Source: Candidatus Eiseniibacteriota bacterium (GTDB lineage: Bacteria > Eisenbacteria > RBG-16-71-46). From it: a stretch of DNA of 64,000 nt. The stretch spans positions 608,001 through 672,000 of the forward strand of contig CAVUWA010000002.1 of assembly GCA_963744995.1 (NCBI GenBank), given 5' to 3'. The translations under genes were made by a program, and so were the position numbers. Each line of letters starts with the position of its first letter. Position 1 is the stretch's first letter. The notes under the pieces were generated by a model. It was given only the letters and a program-made list of their open reading frames with translations. It had not been told where the DNA came from and made no database searches. This document shows, one piece after another, positions 41,652 to 52,069 of the stretch.

Positions 41652-41867
41652 GCGGTTCTCCTGATCTCTACTGAGTAGAGCCCGGTCAGGAGGCCGGCGC
41701 GTGGCCGGCGGCGGTTCCCGGTCCGATCGGGACGGCGCGCCCGAACGCCGTCGCATGACGAGTCTGGGTCGTTTCGCGCGTGGGGACAAGCGGAAATTAC
41801 GCCCGCAAAGCGAAGGGCGGCGCCCCATGAGCCGGATGGCGCCGCCCCTGAAATCGATTGCGGAAAG

Positions 41868-42176
41868 TCAGACGACCGAGGCCGAGGAGCGGTCCCTGCG
41901 GCGGAACAGCGCCCACACCAGCAGCGCGACCAGCAGCAGCGGCAGCGCGGGCACGGCGAACGCGAGCAGGCCGAATCCGAACAGCACCACGCCGGCCAGG
42001 CCGAACAGCAGCAGGAACGGCAGCGCGAGCAGCGCGCCGAGCGCCTTGAAGCTGAACGCCAGCAGCTTGAACGGCAGCAGCACGACCCACCACAGCAGCG
42101 AGAACACCGCCGCCAGCAGGCCGAAGACCGACAGAAGAACGAGCCCGACGAGCCCGACCGCGAACAGCTCGATCAT
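41868..42176 (-). CDS. Small hydrophobic membrane protein
   Basis: GGAGG RBS before MIELFAVG. Almost entirely Leu/Phe-rich, with a basic tail. Confidence 0.7.
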   Translation of the reverse strand: MIELFAVGLVGLVLLSVFGLLAAVFSLLWWVVLLPFKLLAFSFKALGALLALPFLLLFGLAGVVLFGFGLLAFAVPALPLLLVALLVWALFRRRDRSSASVV

Positions 42177-42573
42177 TGCCACTTCCTCCCGCAGGGCCGC
42201 ACGCGGCAGCGTTGCCGGCAAGTCCCGCCGTACCCCGGCGGGTCCACGCGCCCGGCGCGCGGCGTCCTGCCCACATGGAGGCTTACGCGGTGGACGGCGA
42301 AGGTGTTGCGGCAGCGGCAGCAGCAATTCTACGGTCGAAACGACACGGCGTGTAGAAATTACATGGTCCGACAGGGCCTGCCGCGCGTCCGCCGCGCCGG
42401 CACTGCAGCGCGAACCGTATGTCCGTCAGTCGGTTAGAGCGAACTCCGGCACCTTCTCCGGCGCGGCATGTCTCTTGATCAGTATGAAGTCCCGGAGCGC
42501 GGTTCGGGGCCGCACGACTCGCGGCGCCGGGCCCATGCGATGGATGGAGTTTTCCAACGAGGGAGGCATTCGC

Positions 42574-43215
42574 ATGACGATCAAAAGCAGCGCCTCACGC
42601 GCGCTGGCGGGGGGCATGGCGCTCGTCGCGACGCTCGCGTTCGCCTCCGGATGCGCCACGAAAGGATTCGTGCAGTCCGAGGTGGCCCAGTCGAAGGCGT
42701 ACACCGACTCGCAGCTCGACCAGCAGATGAGCCAGGTGAAGGGCGACATCGGCAAGGCGCAGTCGCGGGCCGACGCGGCTTTCGACAAGGCGACACTGGC
42801 CGAGCGGCTGGCGAACGGGTCGATCGAATACACCGAGGTGTCCACCCATACGGTCCAGTTCGCGTTCGACGACTACCAGCTGTCCGGCGAGGCCCAGAGC
42901 GTGCTCGACGACCTCGGCTCGAAGCTCGGCTCGCATCCGAGCTACGTGCTCGAGATCCGCGGTTACGCGGATGCGACCGGATCCAACCGCTACAACCTCC
43001 GCCTCGGCCACGAGCGCGCCGAGTCGGTCGAACGCTACATGCTCTCGCACTACAGCGTGCCCATGGCGCGCGTGGCGATCGTGTCCTTCGGCGAGGAGGA
43101 CCCGGTCGCGAACAACGATTCCATGAGTGGACGCGAACAGAACCGACGCGTACAGGTGCGACTGCTCGACCTGCAACGCGAGCAGGCCGAACCCGTCGCC
43201 AACCGGAATCCGTGA
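42574..43215 (+). CDS. OmpA/Pal-family lipoprotein
   Basis: GGAGG RBS, ASGC lipobox, FAFDD, GYADATG, YNLRLGHERA, NRRV. Confidence 0.92.
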   Translation: MTIKSSASRALAGGMALVATLAFASGCATKGFVQSEVAQSKAYTDSQLDQQMSQVKGDIGKAQSRADAAFDKATLAERLANGSIEYTEVSTHTVQFAFDDYQLSGEAQSVLDDLGSKLGSHPSYVLEIRGYADATGSNRYNLRLGHERAESVERYMLSHYSVPMARVAIVSFGEEDPVANNDSMSGREQNRRVQVRLLDLQREQAEPVANRNP

Positions 43216-43280
43216 CCGTGTCCTGATCGGACATGCGCGGTGCGGCCCCGCACATCCCCCCGGTCGTTCGCGGTTCACGC

Positions 43281-43317
43281 GGCCCCCGTCTCTTCGGAGG
43301 CGGGGGCCAATTTTCTT
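43281..43317 (+). terminator. Intrinsic terminator
   Basis: ggcccccgtctc-TTCG-gaggcgggggcc followed by aattttctt. Confidence 0.8.
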
Positions 43318-43472
43318 GCCGCCGGTGCGGGCCGGCGGGCGGCGGCGCGCCGCGGCGCAGCCGGCGACGGCGTGTCTGCCCGCCACGCTCGAACCCGGGA
43401 CATGCGGCGCGGGGGTCGGGCTGTTACATTCCGGTTTCCCACTCACCGTCGAAGGCCCCCGGAGGTTCATCC

Positions 43473-43712
43473 ATGCCGACCCGGATCACCGTCAACAACA
43501 ACGGCTCGCTGCGCATCGAAGGGGACGACTTCGAGATCGTCGACTCGGAAGGCAGAGCGTTCGGCCTCGGCGGGCGCACGCGCGTGACGCTGTGTCGCTG
43601 CGGCCATTCCGAGAACAAGCCGTTCTGCGACTCGGCGCACAGGCGCTGCGGTTTCGAATCCGTGGTCGTGGCCCGCGACCTGCCGCCACCGGCGCCGAAG
43701 CCCGCCCCCTGA
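43473..43712 (+). CDS. CDGSH iron-sulfur domain protein
   Basis: NNGSL, LCRCGHSENKPFCDSAH. Confidence 0.9.
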   Translation: MPTRITVNNNGSLRIEGDDFEIVDSEGRAFGLGGRTRVTLCRCGHSENKPFCDSAHRRCGFESVVVARDLPPPAPKPAP

Positions 43713-43716
43713 CCCC

Positions 43717-44460
43717 GTGAAAGCCAGGACCGTCGCCGTCATCGCCGCGATCGTCGTGATGGCGGCCGTGTGCGTGCGGCTCGGCTTCTGGCAGATCTCG
43801 CGCTACCATCAGAAGACCGCCGAAAATGCGCGCCGCGCCGCGGCGATGGCGGCCGCGCCCGTCGAGGTCGACAGCGGACTGCTCGCGGCGGACGCGCCGC
43901 CGGCGCTGCAGCTCGAAGCGCACGGCCATTACGACGAGACGCGGCAGATCCTGCTCAGCGCGCGCACCCACGACGGCTCGCCGGGGGTCGACGTCGTCAC
44001 ACCGCTCCGGTTCGACGACGGTGCGGGCGCGGTGCTCGTCAACCGCGGCTGGCTCTACGCGGGGGACGCATCCACCGCACACCCGCTCGAGTGCGCCGAG
44101 CCCGGCGAACAAACCGTGATCGGCATCGCCGCGCCGATCGAGAAAGGGGTCGGCGGCCCGCCGTGGCGGGCGATGAAGCAGGATTCGGCGACCGTGTGGT
44201 CGGCGCGCTGGCTCGATGCCGACTCGGTCGCGGCGCGGTTTCCGTACCGGATCGCGAGGGTCGTGATCAACCAGCTGCCGGGCGACGGCGTGCCCGCCCG
44301 GCCCGCCCGCATCCAGCCGCGGCCGCTGGACGTCACGATGCACGTGAGCTATGCGGTGCAGTGGTTCCTGTTCGCCACGATTCTGGTGGCGGGGTCGGTG
44401 CTCGTCGCGGCGCGCGGGCGGCGCGGCGCGAAGCCGGCCCCGGTGCCGGGGGACATGTGA
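43717..44460 (+). CDS. SURF1 family protein
   Basis: LGFWQISR, VLVNRGW, HVSYAVQWF. Confidence 0.92.
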   Translation: MKARTVAVIAAIVVMAAVCVRLGFWQISRYHQKTAENARRAAAMAAAPVEVDSGLLAADAPPALQLEAHGHYDETRQILLSARTHDGSPGVDVVTPLRFDDGAGAVLVNRGWLYAGDASTAHPLECAEPGEQTVIGIAAPIEKGVGGPPWRAMKQDSATVWSARWLDADSVAARFPYRIARVVINQLPGDGVPARPARIQPRPLDVTMHVSYAVQWFLFATILVAGSVLVAARGRRGAKPAPVPGDM

Positions 44461-44475
44461 CCGGGGAGGATTCGA

Positions 44476-46260
44476 ATGAGGCAGTCGATCGTCACGACGG
44501 GGCTGGCGATGGCCGCGCTCGTGCTGGCCGCCACCGTTCCGGCGATGGCGGCCGCTGACGCGACGGCGGACCTCCACCGCCTGATCGACGACTACTGGGA
44601 GCATTCCCTGGCGGCGCACCCGCGAGCCGCGACCTCGATCGGCGTGCGGACCTACGACGCGAAGCTCGAGGACAACTCGCCGGCCGGGCGCCGCAGGGAC
44701 GAAGCCCGCCTCCGCTCCGTGCTGGATCGTGCGCGCGGGATCGAGGCCGACGCGCTCGGCCCCGGGGACCGGCTGAACCTCACCGTGCTCGTCGAAACCG
44801 TCCAGAGCGAAGTGCTGGAGCTGCAATGCGACATCGACGAATGGGTGGTCGACCCGCTGGACGGTCCCCAGATCTGGCTCTTCAACCTGCCCGACATCAC
44901 GCGCATCGACACCCCCGCGGCCGCGGCGGACTACGTGGCGCGCTGCTCCGCGTTCGACCGCTGGATGGACCGCCACATCGCCAACCTCGAGCGCGGTCTC
45001 GCCGCCGGACGTGTGGCCGGCGTGAACGCCGTCATGAAGACGATCGGCACGCTCGATCAGGAACTCGCACGGCCGCCCTCGGAATGGCCGGCGATGTCGC
45101 CCGCGAAGGCGCCGCATCCCGAGTGGTCCGAGCACGACCGCCTGACGTTCACGCACGATCTCGCCGCGGCGATGGAGAAGCACGTGCGCCCGGCGTTCGA
45201 GAAGTACCGGAAGTTCCTCGATCAGCGGATCCGCCCCGCGGCGCGGCCCGAGGACAAGGCCGGCCTCGCCGCGCTGCCGGGTGGCGCGGAGTGCTACCGG
45301 AAGATGATCCGCGCCGAGACTTCGCTCGATCTCTCGCCCGAGGAGCTGCACCGGATCGGCCTCGAGCAGGTGGCCGCGTTCCGCAAGGCGCTGTCGGAAC
45401 TCGGCGCCCGCGTGCTCGGCACCAGGGACGTCGCCGAGATCCAGAGACGCCTGCGCGAGGACCCCGCCATGCACTTCGCCACGTCGGCGGAAGTCGAGGC
45501 CAGGGCGCGTGAGGCGCTGGCGCGCGCGCGCGCCGCGATCCCCGACTGGTTCGGAACCCTGCCCGCGGCGCCCTGCGAGGTGAAGGTGATGAGCGAATAC
45601 GAGGCGCCGAACTCGACGATCGCCTACTACCGGCAGCCGTCCATCGACGGCTCGCGGCCGGGGTACTACATGATCAACACCTGGATGCCGGAAACGCGGC
45701 CGCGCTACGAGGCCGAGGCACTCGCATTCCACGAGTCGATCCCCGGGCACCACCTGCAGATCGCGATCGCGCAGGAGCTGCAGGGAATCCCCGCCTTCCG
45801 CAAGGCGGACGGCGTGACCGCGTTCATCGAAGGGTGGGGGCTCTACGCCGAGCGGCTCGCGGACGACATGGGGCTCTACTCGTCGGACCTCGATCGCATC
45901 GGCATGCTCTCCTACGATGCATGGCGCGCCTGCCGGCTGGTCGTGGACACCGGAATGCATGCGATGGGCTGGAGCCGCCAGCGGGCGATCGATTACATGT
46001 TCGACAACTCGGTGCTCGCCAGGAACAACATCGAGAACGAGGTGGACCGCTACCTCGTGTGGCCCGGGCAGGCGCTGGCCTACAAAGTCGGTCAGATCGA
46101 GATCCTGAAGCTTCGTGAGGAAGCGCGCCGCCGGCTCGGCGACCGCTTCGACATCAGGGCGTTCCATGATGCCGTGCTCCGCAATGGTGCGGTGCCGCTC
46201 CCGGTGCTGCACGAGCAGGTGGAGGCCTGGATCGCGAGCGCGGAGGCCGCGCGACCGTAG
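44476..46260 (+). CDS. DUF885 family exported protein (metallopeptidase-like)
   Basis: Signal peptide. [34 protein letters not shown]. Confidence 0.92.
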   Translation: MRQSIVTTGLAMAALVLAATVPAMAAADATADLHRLIDDYWEHSLAAHPRAATSIGVRTYDAKLEDNSPAGRRRDEARLRSVLDRARGIEADALGPGDRLNLTVLVETVQSEVLELQCDIDEWVVDPLDGPQIWLFNLPDITRIDTPAAAADYVARCSAFDRWMDRHIANLERGLAAGRVAGVNAVMKTIGTLDQELARPPSEWPAMSPAKAPHPEWSEHDRLTFTHDLAAAMEKHVRPAFEKYRKFLDQRIRPAARPEDKAGLAALPGGAECYRKMIRAETSLDLSPEELHRIGLEQVAAFRKALSELGARVLGTRDVAEIQRRLREDPAMHFATSAEVEARAREALARARAAIPDWFGTLPAAPCEVKVMSEYEAPNSTIAYYRQPSIDGSRPGYYMINTWMPETRPRYEAEALAFHESIPGHHLQIAIAQELQGIPAFRKADGVTAFIEGWGLYAERLADDMGLYSSDLDRIGMLSYDAWRACRLVVDTGMHAMGWSRQRAIDYMFDNSVLARNNIENEVDRYLVWPGQALAYKVGQIEILKLREEARRRLGDRFDIRAFHDAVLRNGAVPLPVLHEQVEAWIASAEAARP

Positions 46261-46314
46261 GGGGCGGCGACGTTTCCCGCCGGCTGCTCTCCCGACCCTC
46301 GACGAGGAGAATCC

Positions 46315-47064
46315 ATGAGCGACAAAGTCATCGTCATCACCGGCGCCAGCGCCGGCATCGGCGCCGCTGCGGCCCGCACCCTGGCGTCGCGCGGCGCACG
46401 GGTCGTACTGGTCGCACGCCGCAAGGCGGAACTCGAAGCCGTCGCCGCCGACTGTGGTCCCGACGCGCTGGTGGTGGTCGCCGACGCCGCGAATCGCGAA
46501 GCGGTGCGCCGCGTGATCGCAGCCGCGCTCGAGCGCTTCGGCCGCATCGACGTCTGGATCAACAACGTCGGACGTGGGCTCACCGTGCAGCCCTCGCAGC
46601 TCACCGACGAGGATCTCGACGAGATCATGCGCCTCAACGTGAAATCGGCCCTGTACGGCATGCAGGAGGTGCTGCCGCACTTCAAGGAGCGCGGCGACGG
46701 CCAGGTGATCAACGTTTCGTCGCTGCTCGGCCGCGTGCCGTTCGCGACGTTCCGCTCCGCCTACAGCGGCGCCAAGCACTTCCTCAACGCTCTGACCGCC
46801 ATGTTCCGCGCCGAAGTCCAGGAGACGCATCCCGGGATCCAGTTCACGCTGGTCTCGCCGGGCGTGGTGCGCACCGATTTCGGGCTGAACGCCATGCACG
46901 GCGGACCCGACTCGCGCACGTTCCCGGAATCGCAGAGTGCCGAGGAGATCGCCGGGGTGATTGCCGACGTGGTGGAATCGAGGCGGCCCGACGTCTACAC
47001 GCGCAAGGGCATGCAGGCGAGGATCGCCGGCTACTACGCGAGCGTGGGGGCCGATCCCGCGTAG
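46315..47064 (+). CDS. SDR family oxidoreductase
   Basis: [17 protein letters not shown]. Confidence 0.92.
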   Translation: MSDKVIVITGASAGIGAAAARTLASRGARVVLVARRKAELEAVAADCGPDALVVVADAANREAVRRVIAAALERFGRIDVWINNVGRGLTVQPSQLTDEDLDEIMRLNVKSALYGMQEVLPHFKERGDGQVINVSSLLGRVPFATFRSAYSGAKHFLNALTAMFRAEVQETHPGIQFTLVSPGVVRTDFGLNAMHGGPDSRTFPESQSAEEIAGVIADVVESRRPDVYTRKGMQARIAGYYASVGADPA

Positions 47065-47167
47065 TTCATGGCAGGGGCGACCGTTCGTCCCGCGGAATCG
47101 ACCACCCGGCGCCGCCGTATTGCGCGGGGCGCCGGACGCGGCGAAGATCCCGCGCCACGGAGGCCCC

Positions 47168-48343
47168 ATGCCCAGGTCGCGCACGCCGCTCCAGAATCTG
47201 ATGCGCATGTTGTGGACGATGCCGCTCATGGCGATTCCATTCGCCGTGCTGTTCGGCACGCTCAGCGGTTCCACGCTGATCCACTACGCGTACGCCTACG
47301 TCATGGCGATCATCTTCGGCTACTGCATCGGCCTCGCGAACTGGGCGGCCGGGGCGTTCGTGGTTCCGAGGCTGGACACGGCGAGCGCCGTGAAGCAGCG
47401 GCATGCGCTCCTCGGCAACGGTGTGTGGTACGTCGGCGCGAGCTTCCTGGGGGCGGCGGCCGCGTCGCTCATCATCCACCTGACGATCCTGCCGAACTTC
47501 CTCGGGAGCGGACGATCCGTGGCGCTGATCGTCATGTTCACGTTCCTGTTCACGGCGCTGTTCATGGGCTTCTCCTACGCCCGCACCTTCTACCGCCAGG
47601 CCCTGCAGCAGGCGCGTGCCGAGCAGGAGCTGAACATGGCGCGCCGTATCCAGCGCTCGTTCCTGCTCTCGCAGTTTCCGCAGAGCCCTAAGATCCAGGT
47701 CCATGCCGTCAACGTCAGCTCGCGCGAGGTGAGCGGCGACTTCTACGACGTCGTCGCCTCGGGCGAGGCCCGGATGCTGCTGGCGATCGCCGACGTCTCG
47801 GGCAAGGGCGTCCCCGCCGCGCTGCTGTCCTCCATGCTGCAGGCGTCGCTGCGTTCGCAGGCCCACGCCGGCATGCGCGTCGCCGAGCAGCTCGCGAACA
47901 TCAACGGGCTGGTGTGCGACCGCACCGCGCCCGAACAGTTCGCGACGTTCTTCCTGGCGCGCATCGACGAAGAGGCGATGACGCTCGAGTACGCGAACGG
48001 CGGCCACAACCCGCCGCTGCTGCTGCGCGCCGACGGCTCCGTGGAGCTGCTGGAGAAGGGCGGCACCGTGCTCGGGTTCCTGCCGGACGCGGCGTTCGAA
48101 CAGGGGACGGCCCCGCTGCGCCCCGGCGACCTGATCGTCATGTACACCGATGGCGTCACCGAGGCGGTCGGCCCGGACGGCGGGATGTTCGGCGAGGATC
48201 GCCTCGAAGCGCTCTTGCGCGGGCTCGACCGTTCGCGCAGCGCACGCGAGATCGTCGAGGACGTGCTCGAAGGGCTCAGGCGCCATCTCGGCGGGCGCGA
48301 AGCGGGAGACGACGTGACCGTGCTGGTGGTACGGGTGCTGTAA
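47168..48343 (+). CDS. Membrane-anchored PP2C/SpoIIE (RsbU-like) Ser/Thr phosphatase
   Basis: N-terminal TM segments. SGDFYD, DVSGKG, YTDGVTE, DDVT. Confidence 0.92.
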   Translation: MPRSRTPLQNLMRMLWTMPLMAIPFAVLFGTLSGSTLIHYAYAYVMAIIFGYCIGLANWAAGAFVVPRLDTASAVKQRHALLGNGVWYVGASFLGAAAASLIIHLTILPNFLGSGRSVALIVMFTFLFTALFMGFSYARTFYRQALQQARAEQELNMARRIQRSFLLSQFPQSPKIQVHAVNVSSREVSGDFYDVVASGEARMLLAIADVSGKGVPAALLSSMLQASLRSQAHAGMRVAEQLANINGLVCDRTAPEQFATFFLARIDEEAMTLEYANGGHNPPLLLRADGSVELLEKGGTVLGFLPDAAFEQGTAPLRPGDLIVMYTDGVTEAVGPDGGMFGEDRLEALLRGLDRSRSAREIVEDVLEGLRRHLGGREAGDDVTVLVVRVL

Positions 48344-48581
48344 AGGGTGCCGCGCTCCGATCACCATCTGTTCGACCGGCCGGCGCGTGGCGTCCACGCG
48401 AACCTTGATTGTCGGCCCGAACCCATTACCCTCACCCGATGGTCCATGTCCGCCCTGCACGAGAATCCGATGAGGAAGCGCTCGGTCGTTTCGGTGGCGC
48501 GCTCATGCGCCAGCATCACGCCGCGGATCCGCGGCGGCTCATTCTCGTCGATCGACCGGAGGCGGAACCGGGATCCGACGC

Positions 48582-50903
48582 GTGACCGGGCCCGCCTCCG
48601 TCCCTGCCGACTGGCTCTGGGGCTGGGATCCCACGCCGGGCATCGTCTCGGTGTGGGCGGAGCTCTCGGGCGCCGCCATCGTATGGCGGCGGCTGCCGGA
48701 GTCCGGAGATTTGGTCCGCGAGGACACGCGCTTCCGGCCGTGGCTGGTGCTCGACCGGCTCGATGACCTCGCGCATCTTCGGGAACGTCTCGCGCCCGAG
48801 GGCGACCCCGACGCGCGGGTCACCTGGCGTGAGCTCGGAGGCCCCGGTTCCCTGCGGTATCTGGTGAGCGCTGCCGACGGGCGCGACCTGACCCGGGCGC
48901 TGTTGAAGGGCGCGTCGCAGCGACTCGGCCGCCCGCTCGGCCATCTGCGCGACCTCGACAGGGCGAGCGTGATCTCGCTGCCGCCCGAGGAGCAGTACCT
49001 GGTCGCGACCGGCCGCACCTACTTCCGCGGCCTCGCGTTCGACGGGCTGCGCCGCATGCAGTTCGACCTCGAGACCACGGATCTCACCGCCGGGCGCGGC
49101 CGGATCTTCATGATCGCGGTGCGCTCCCCCTCGGGCGCCGAAGAAGTGCTCGAAGCACGGGGTCCGGGTGACAGGGCGGAGGCGGAGCTGATCCGGCGGC
49201 TCGTCGATACGGTGACCGCGGCGGACCCCGACGTGATCGAGAACCACAACCTGTTCGGCTTCGATCTGCCGTTCCTCGAACAGCGTGCACGGCGCCTCGG
49301 CGTGCGGCTCGGACTCGGGCGACTCCCGGCTCTGGGCCTGCGTTCGCGACCGGCGCGCCGCGACCGGAGCCGCATCGTGATCCCGGGCCGCGAGTGCATC
49401 GACACGCTCGACGCGGTGCGCCGCTACGACTTCGCGATCCGCGAGTTGCCGGGCCACGGCCTGAAGGCGGTAGCGCGGCACTTCGGGATCTCGCCGCCGG
49501 ATCGCGAGCTGATCCGCGGCGACCGGGTCCACGAGACCTGGCGGAGTGACCCCGAGCGCGTGCGCCGCTACGCGACCGCCGACGTCACCGAAGTCGCCGC
49601 GCTCGCCCGGCTGCTGGGCGGCGCCGCGTTCGGGCTGGCGCAGCTCGCGCCGCGCCGCTACGAGCGGCTCGCCGACGCCGGCGCGGCGACGGGCATCATC
49701 GATCCGCTGCTCGTGCGCGCCTACCTGCGCGCCGGGCACGCGCTGCCCGCGCACGAGCCGGGCGACGGCACGACGCACAGCGGCGCCGCGCTGCATCTGT
49801 TCGCGACCGGCGTCGCCGCACGCGTGGTGAAGGCCGACGTCGCGAGCCTCTACCCGTCGCTGATGCGCGCACATCGCATCGGCCCGCGCCGCGACCGGCT
49901 CGGGGTACTGCTCGCCCTGGTGGACGGGCTGGTCGAGCGGCGGCTCGCGGCAAAGGCCGCCGCGCAGGCGGCGCCGCCGGGCTCGGCCGAGCGTTTCGCG
50001 CACGAGGCGACCTCCGCCGCGATGAAGCTGGTGGTGAACACCGCCTACGGCTACCTCGCAGCCGGCGGTGAGCTCACCCGGTTCGCCGACGTCCACGCGG
50101 CCAACGAGGTCACGCGGCGCGGCCGCGAGACGCTCGACCTGATGTGCCGCGAGCTCGAGGCGCGCGGCGTGACGCGGCTCGAAGCGGACACCGACGGCGT
50201 CTACTTCGCCGTGCCGCAAGGCTGGACCGAGGCCGACGAGCGGCGCGTCGTCGCCGAGGTCGGCGCGCTGCTGCCGCCGCTCGTGCGGCTCGAGTTCGAG
50301 GGCCGCTACGCCGCGATGCTGTCACACGAACCGAAGAACTACGTGCTGCTCGGGTACGACGGACGTCTCACGCTGCGCGGCGTGGCGTTTCGCTCCAGCC
50401 GCGCGGAGCCGTTCGGCGAGGCGTTCCTGAAGCGCGCGGCCGAACGCCTGCTGACGGGAGACGTGCCCGGCCTCAGGCAGGTGTACGTCGACACCGTGGC
50501 CGCGCTCAGGCGGCGCGAGTACTCGAACTACGACGTGTCGTCACGGGTCCGGCTCACGAAGACGCCCGCAGAGTACCGGGCGTCACGGGAAGGCCGCCGC
50601 GAGTCGTCGTACGAAGCCATGCTGTCGGCGGGGCGCAGCCACTGGCGCCGCGGCGAGCGGGTGCGGGTCTACCGCGCCCGGAACGGCGCGGCCGGGCTGG
50701 TGGCCGATCGCCAGGGCGCCGCGCCCGACACGCCCGACTATGACGCCGAGCACTACGTGCGGGTGCTCAGGGAGAACTTCGCCTCGCGGCTGGCGCGTGC
50801 GTTCGCGCCGGCGGACTTCGCGGTACTGGTCACCGACCCCGACCAGGGGGCCCTGTTTCCCGTGGCGTTCGCCGACGTGAGGACGGTGCTGAAGACGATC
50901 TAG
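48582..50903 (+). CDS. polB: Family B DNA polymerase with 3'-5' exonuclease domain
   Basis: ExoI FDLET, ExoII HNLFGFDLPFL, ExoIII YATADV. Polymerase motifs DVASLYPS, KLVVNTAYG, DTDG. Confidence 0.9.
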   Translation: MTGPASVPADWLWGWDPTPGIVSVWAELSGAAIVWRRLPESGDLVREDTRFRPWLVLDRLDDLAHLRERLAPEGDPDARVTWRELGGPGSLRYLVSAADGRDLTRALLKGASQRLGRPLGHLRDLDRASVISLPPEEQYLVATGRTYFRGLAFDGLRRMQFDLETTDLTAGRGRIFMIAVRSPSGAEEVLEARGPGDRAEAELIRRLVDTVTAADPDVIENHNLFGFDLPFLEQRARRLGVRLGLGRLPALGLRSRPARRDRSRIVIPGRECIDTLDAVRRYDFAIRELPGHGLKAVARHFGISPPDRELIRGDRVHETWRSDPERVRRYATADVTEVAALARLLGGAAFGLAQLAPRRYERLADAGAATGIIDPLLVRAYLRAGHALPAHEPGDGTTHSGAALHLFATGVAARVVKADVASLYPSLMRAHRIGPRRDRLGVLLALVDGLVERRLAAKAAAQAAPPGSAERFAHEATSAAMKLVVNTAYGYLAAGGELTRFADVHAANEVTRRGRETLDLMCRELEARGVTRLEADTDGVYFAVPQGWTEADERRVVAEVGALLPPLVRLEFEGRYAAMLSHEPKNYVLLGYDGRLTLRGVAFRSSRAEPFGEAFLKRAAERLLTGDVPGLRQVYVDTVAALRRREYSNYDVSSRVRLTKTPAEYRASREGRRESSYEAMLSAGRSHWRRGERVRVYRARNGAAGLVADRQGAAPDTPDYDAEHYVRVLRENFASRLARAFAPADFAVLVTDPDQGALFPVAFADVRTVLKTI

Positions 50904-51053
50904 TCGGCCGCGCGGCGGCACCCGAGGGGCCGTCGATCGCCTGCGGCATCGTCCCGCCAGGATGCGCATCCGGTCGACGCCGGGCGCACGACGCATGCTT
51001 GACGCTCTCCTGACAGCCGGCGTGTGAAATCATTGTCGAGTCGATATCCATCA

Positions 51054-51082
51054 TTGACAGTCGATCGAACGCTGGCTAATAC
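51054..51082 (+). promoter_or_regulatory. Putative sigma70 promoter for the Gld-like ABC operon
   Basis: Perfect TTGACA, 17-bp spacer, weak -10 TAATAC, in an AT-richer intergenic stretch. Confidence 0.4.
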
Positions 51083-51130
51083 AGGTGTGCTGCACGAAGG
51101 CACATTTCCACCCGGCCGCCATCGTCTCGG

Positions 51131-52069
51131 ATGATCGAGCTCGACCAACTCGAAAAAACCTACGGCGAAACACGAGCCCTCAAGGGGATCTCGTTTTCGA
51201 TCTCGAGAGGACAGGTCGTCGGCCTGCTGGGCCCGAACGGCGCCGGCAAGACGACGGCCATCAAGATCGTGGTCGGCTACCTGCTGCCGACCGCCGGAAC
51301 CGCGACCGTCTCGGGCTTCGACGTCGTGAACGATCCGCTCGAGGTGCAGAAGCGCATCGGCTACCTGCCCGAGAACGCCCCGCTCTACCTCGACATGCTG
51401 GTCCAGGAGTACCTGGACTTCATGGCCGACATGCGGGAGCTCGACGTGACGACCCGCCGGCGCCGCCTGGTCGAGGTCGTCGAGGACTGCGCCATCCGCG
51501 ACGTGCTGACGCGCCCGCTCGGGCAGTTGTCCAAGGGCTACCGGCAGCGGGTCGGGCTCGCGGCGGCGCTGCTGCACGATCCCGAGATCCTGATCCTCGA
51601 CGAGCCCACCACGGGACTCGATCCCAATCAGATCATCGAGGTGCGGCAGCTGATCCGGCGCATGAGCGAGAGCAAGACCGTGATCTTCTCGACTCACATC
51701 CTGCCGGAGGTCGAGGCCACCTGCGACCGCGCGGTGATCCTGATCGACGGCCTGGTGCGTGCCGACGGAACGCTCGCGGAGCTCACCCGCTCGCGCACCG
51801 AGGTCGTGACGCTGGCGTCCACCGATCCCGCCGCGGCGCGCACGGCCTTCGCGGGGCTGCCCGGTGTGGCCGCGGTCGAAGAAGAGCGCATCAGCGACGG
51901 CTTCCATACGTTCCGGCTCGCGCTCGCCGGCGATCTCGAGATCGGGGAAGCGGTGGGGGACCTCGCGTACCGGAACGGCTGGCGGCTGCGCGAGCTGAGG
52001 CGGGACGATCGTTCGCTCGAGCAGGTATTCCGTGAGCTGACCTCGTCCAGCGCGGGAGCCGCCTCGTGA
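51131..52069 (+). CDS. ABC transporter ATP-binding protein (GldA-like)
   Basis: GPNGAGKTT, GYLPENAPLY, LSKGYRQRVGLA, STHILPEV. Confidence 0.92.
   Translation: MIELDQLEKTYGETRALKGISFSISRGQVVGLLGPNGAGKTTAIKIVVGYLLPTAGTATVSGFDVVNDPLEVQKRIGYLPENAPLYLDMLVQEYLDFMADMRELDVTTRRRRLVEVVEDCAIRDVLTRPLGQLSKGYRQRVGLAAALLHDPEILILDEPTTGLDPNQIIEVRQLIRRMSESKTVIFSTHILPEVEATCDRAVILIDGLVRADGTLAELTRSRTEVVTLASTDPAAARTAFAGLPGVAAVEEERISDGFHTFRLALAGDLEIGEAVGDLAYRNGWRLRELRRDDRSLEQVFRELTSSSAGAAS

Noticed and set aside
41700..41870. Known riboswitch (e.g. c-di-GMP) in the intergenic region
   Set aside because: Consensus aptamer elements were not recognisable. The main hairpin (about 41814-41848) is more simply the terminator of the small membrane protein gene.
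43492..47274. Very long antisense or alternate-frame ORFs (1260 aa here; also 51694..55068, 13459..16425, 30345..33338, 56164..59019, 36434..39220)
   Set aside because: They are shadows of well-supported genes on the opposite strand. Stops are scarce at high GC, and the translations are Arg/Ala/Gly-rich with no motifs.
51054..51080. CIRCE-like element upstream of the ABC operon (ttgacagtc...gctggctaa)
   Set aside because: Too many mismatches and wrong spacing relative to TTAGCACTC-N9-GAGTGCTAA. A -35 box explains it better.
48343..51130. PolB as part of a casposon, pipolin or prophage; SOS box upstream
   Set aside because: No cas1, recombinase, phage genes or terminal repeats. The upstream GTTCG...CGAAC arms flank a hairpin and match no LexA box spacing I can support.
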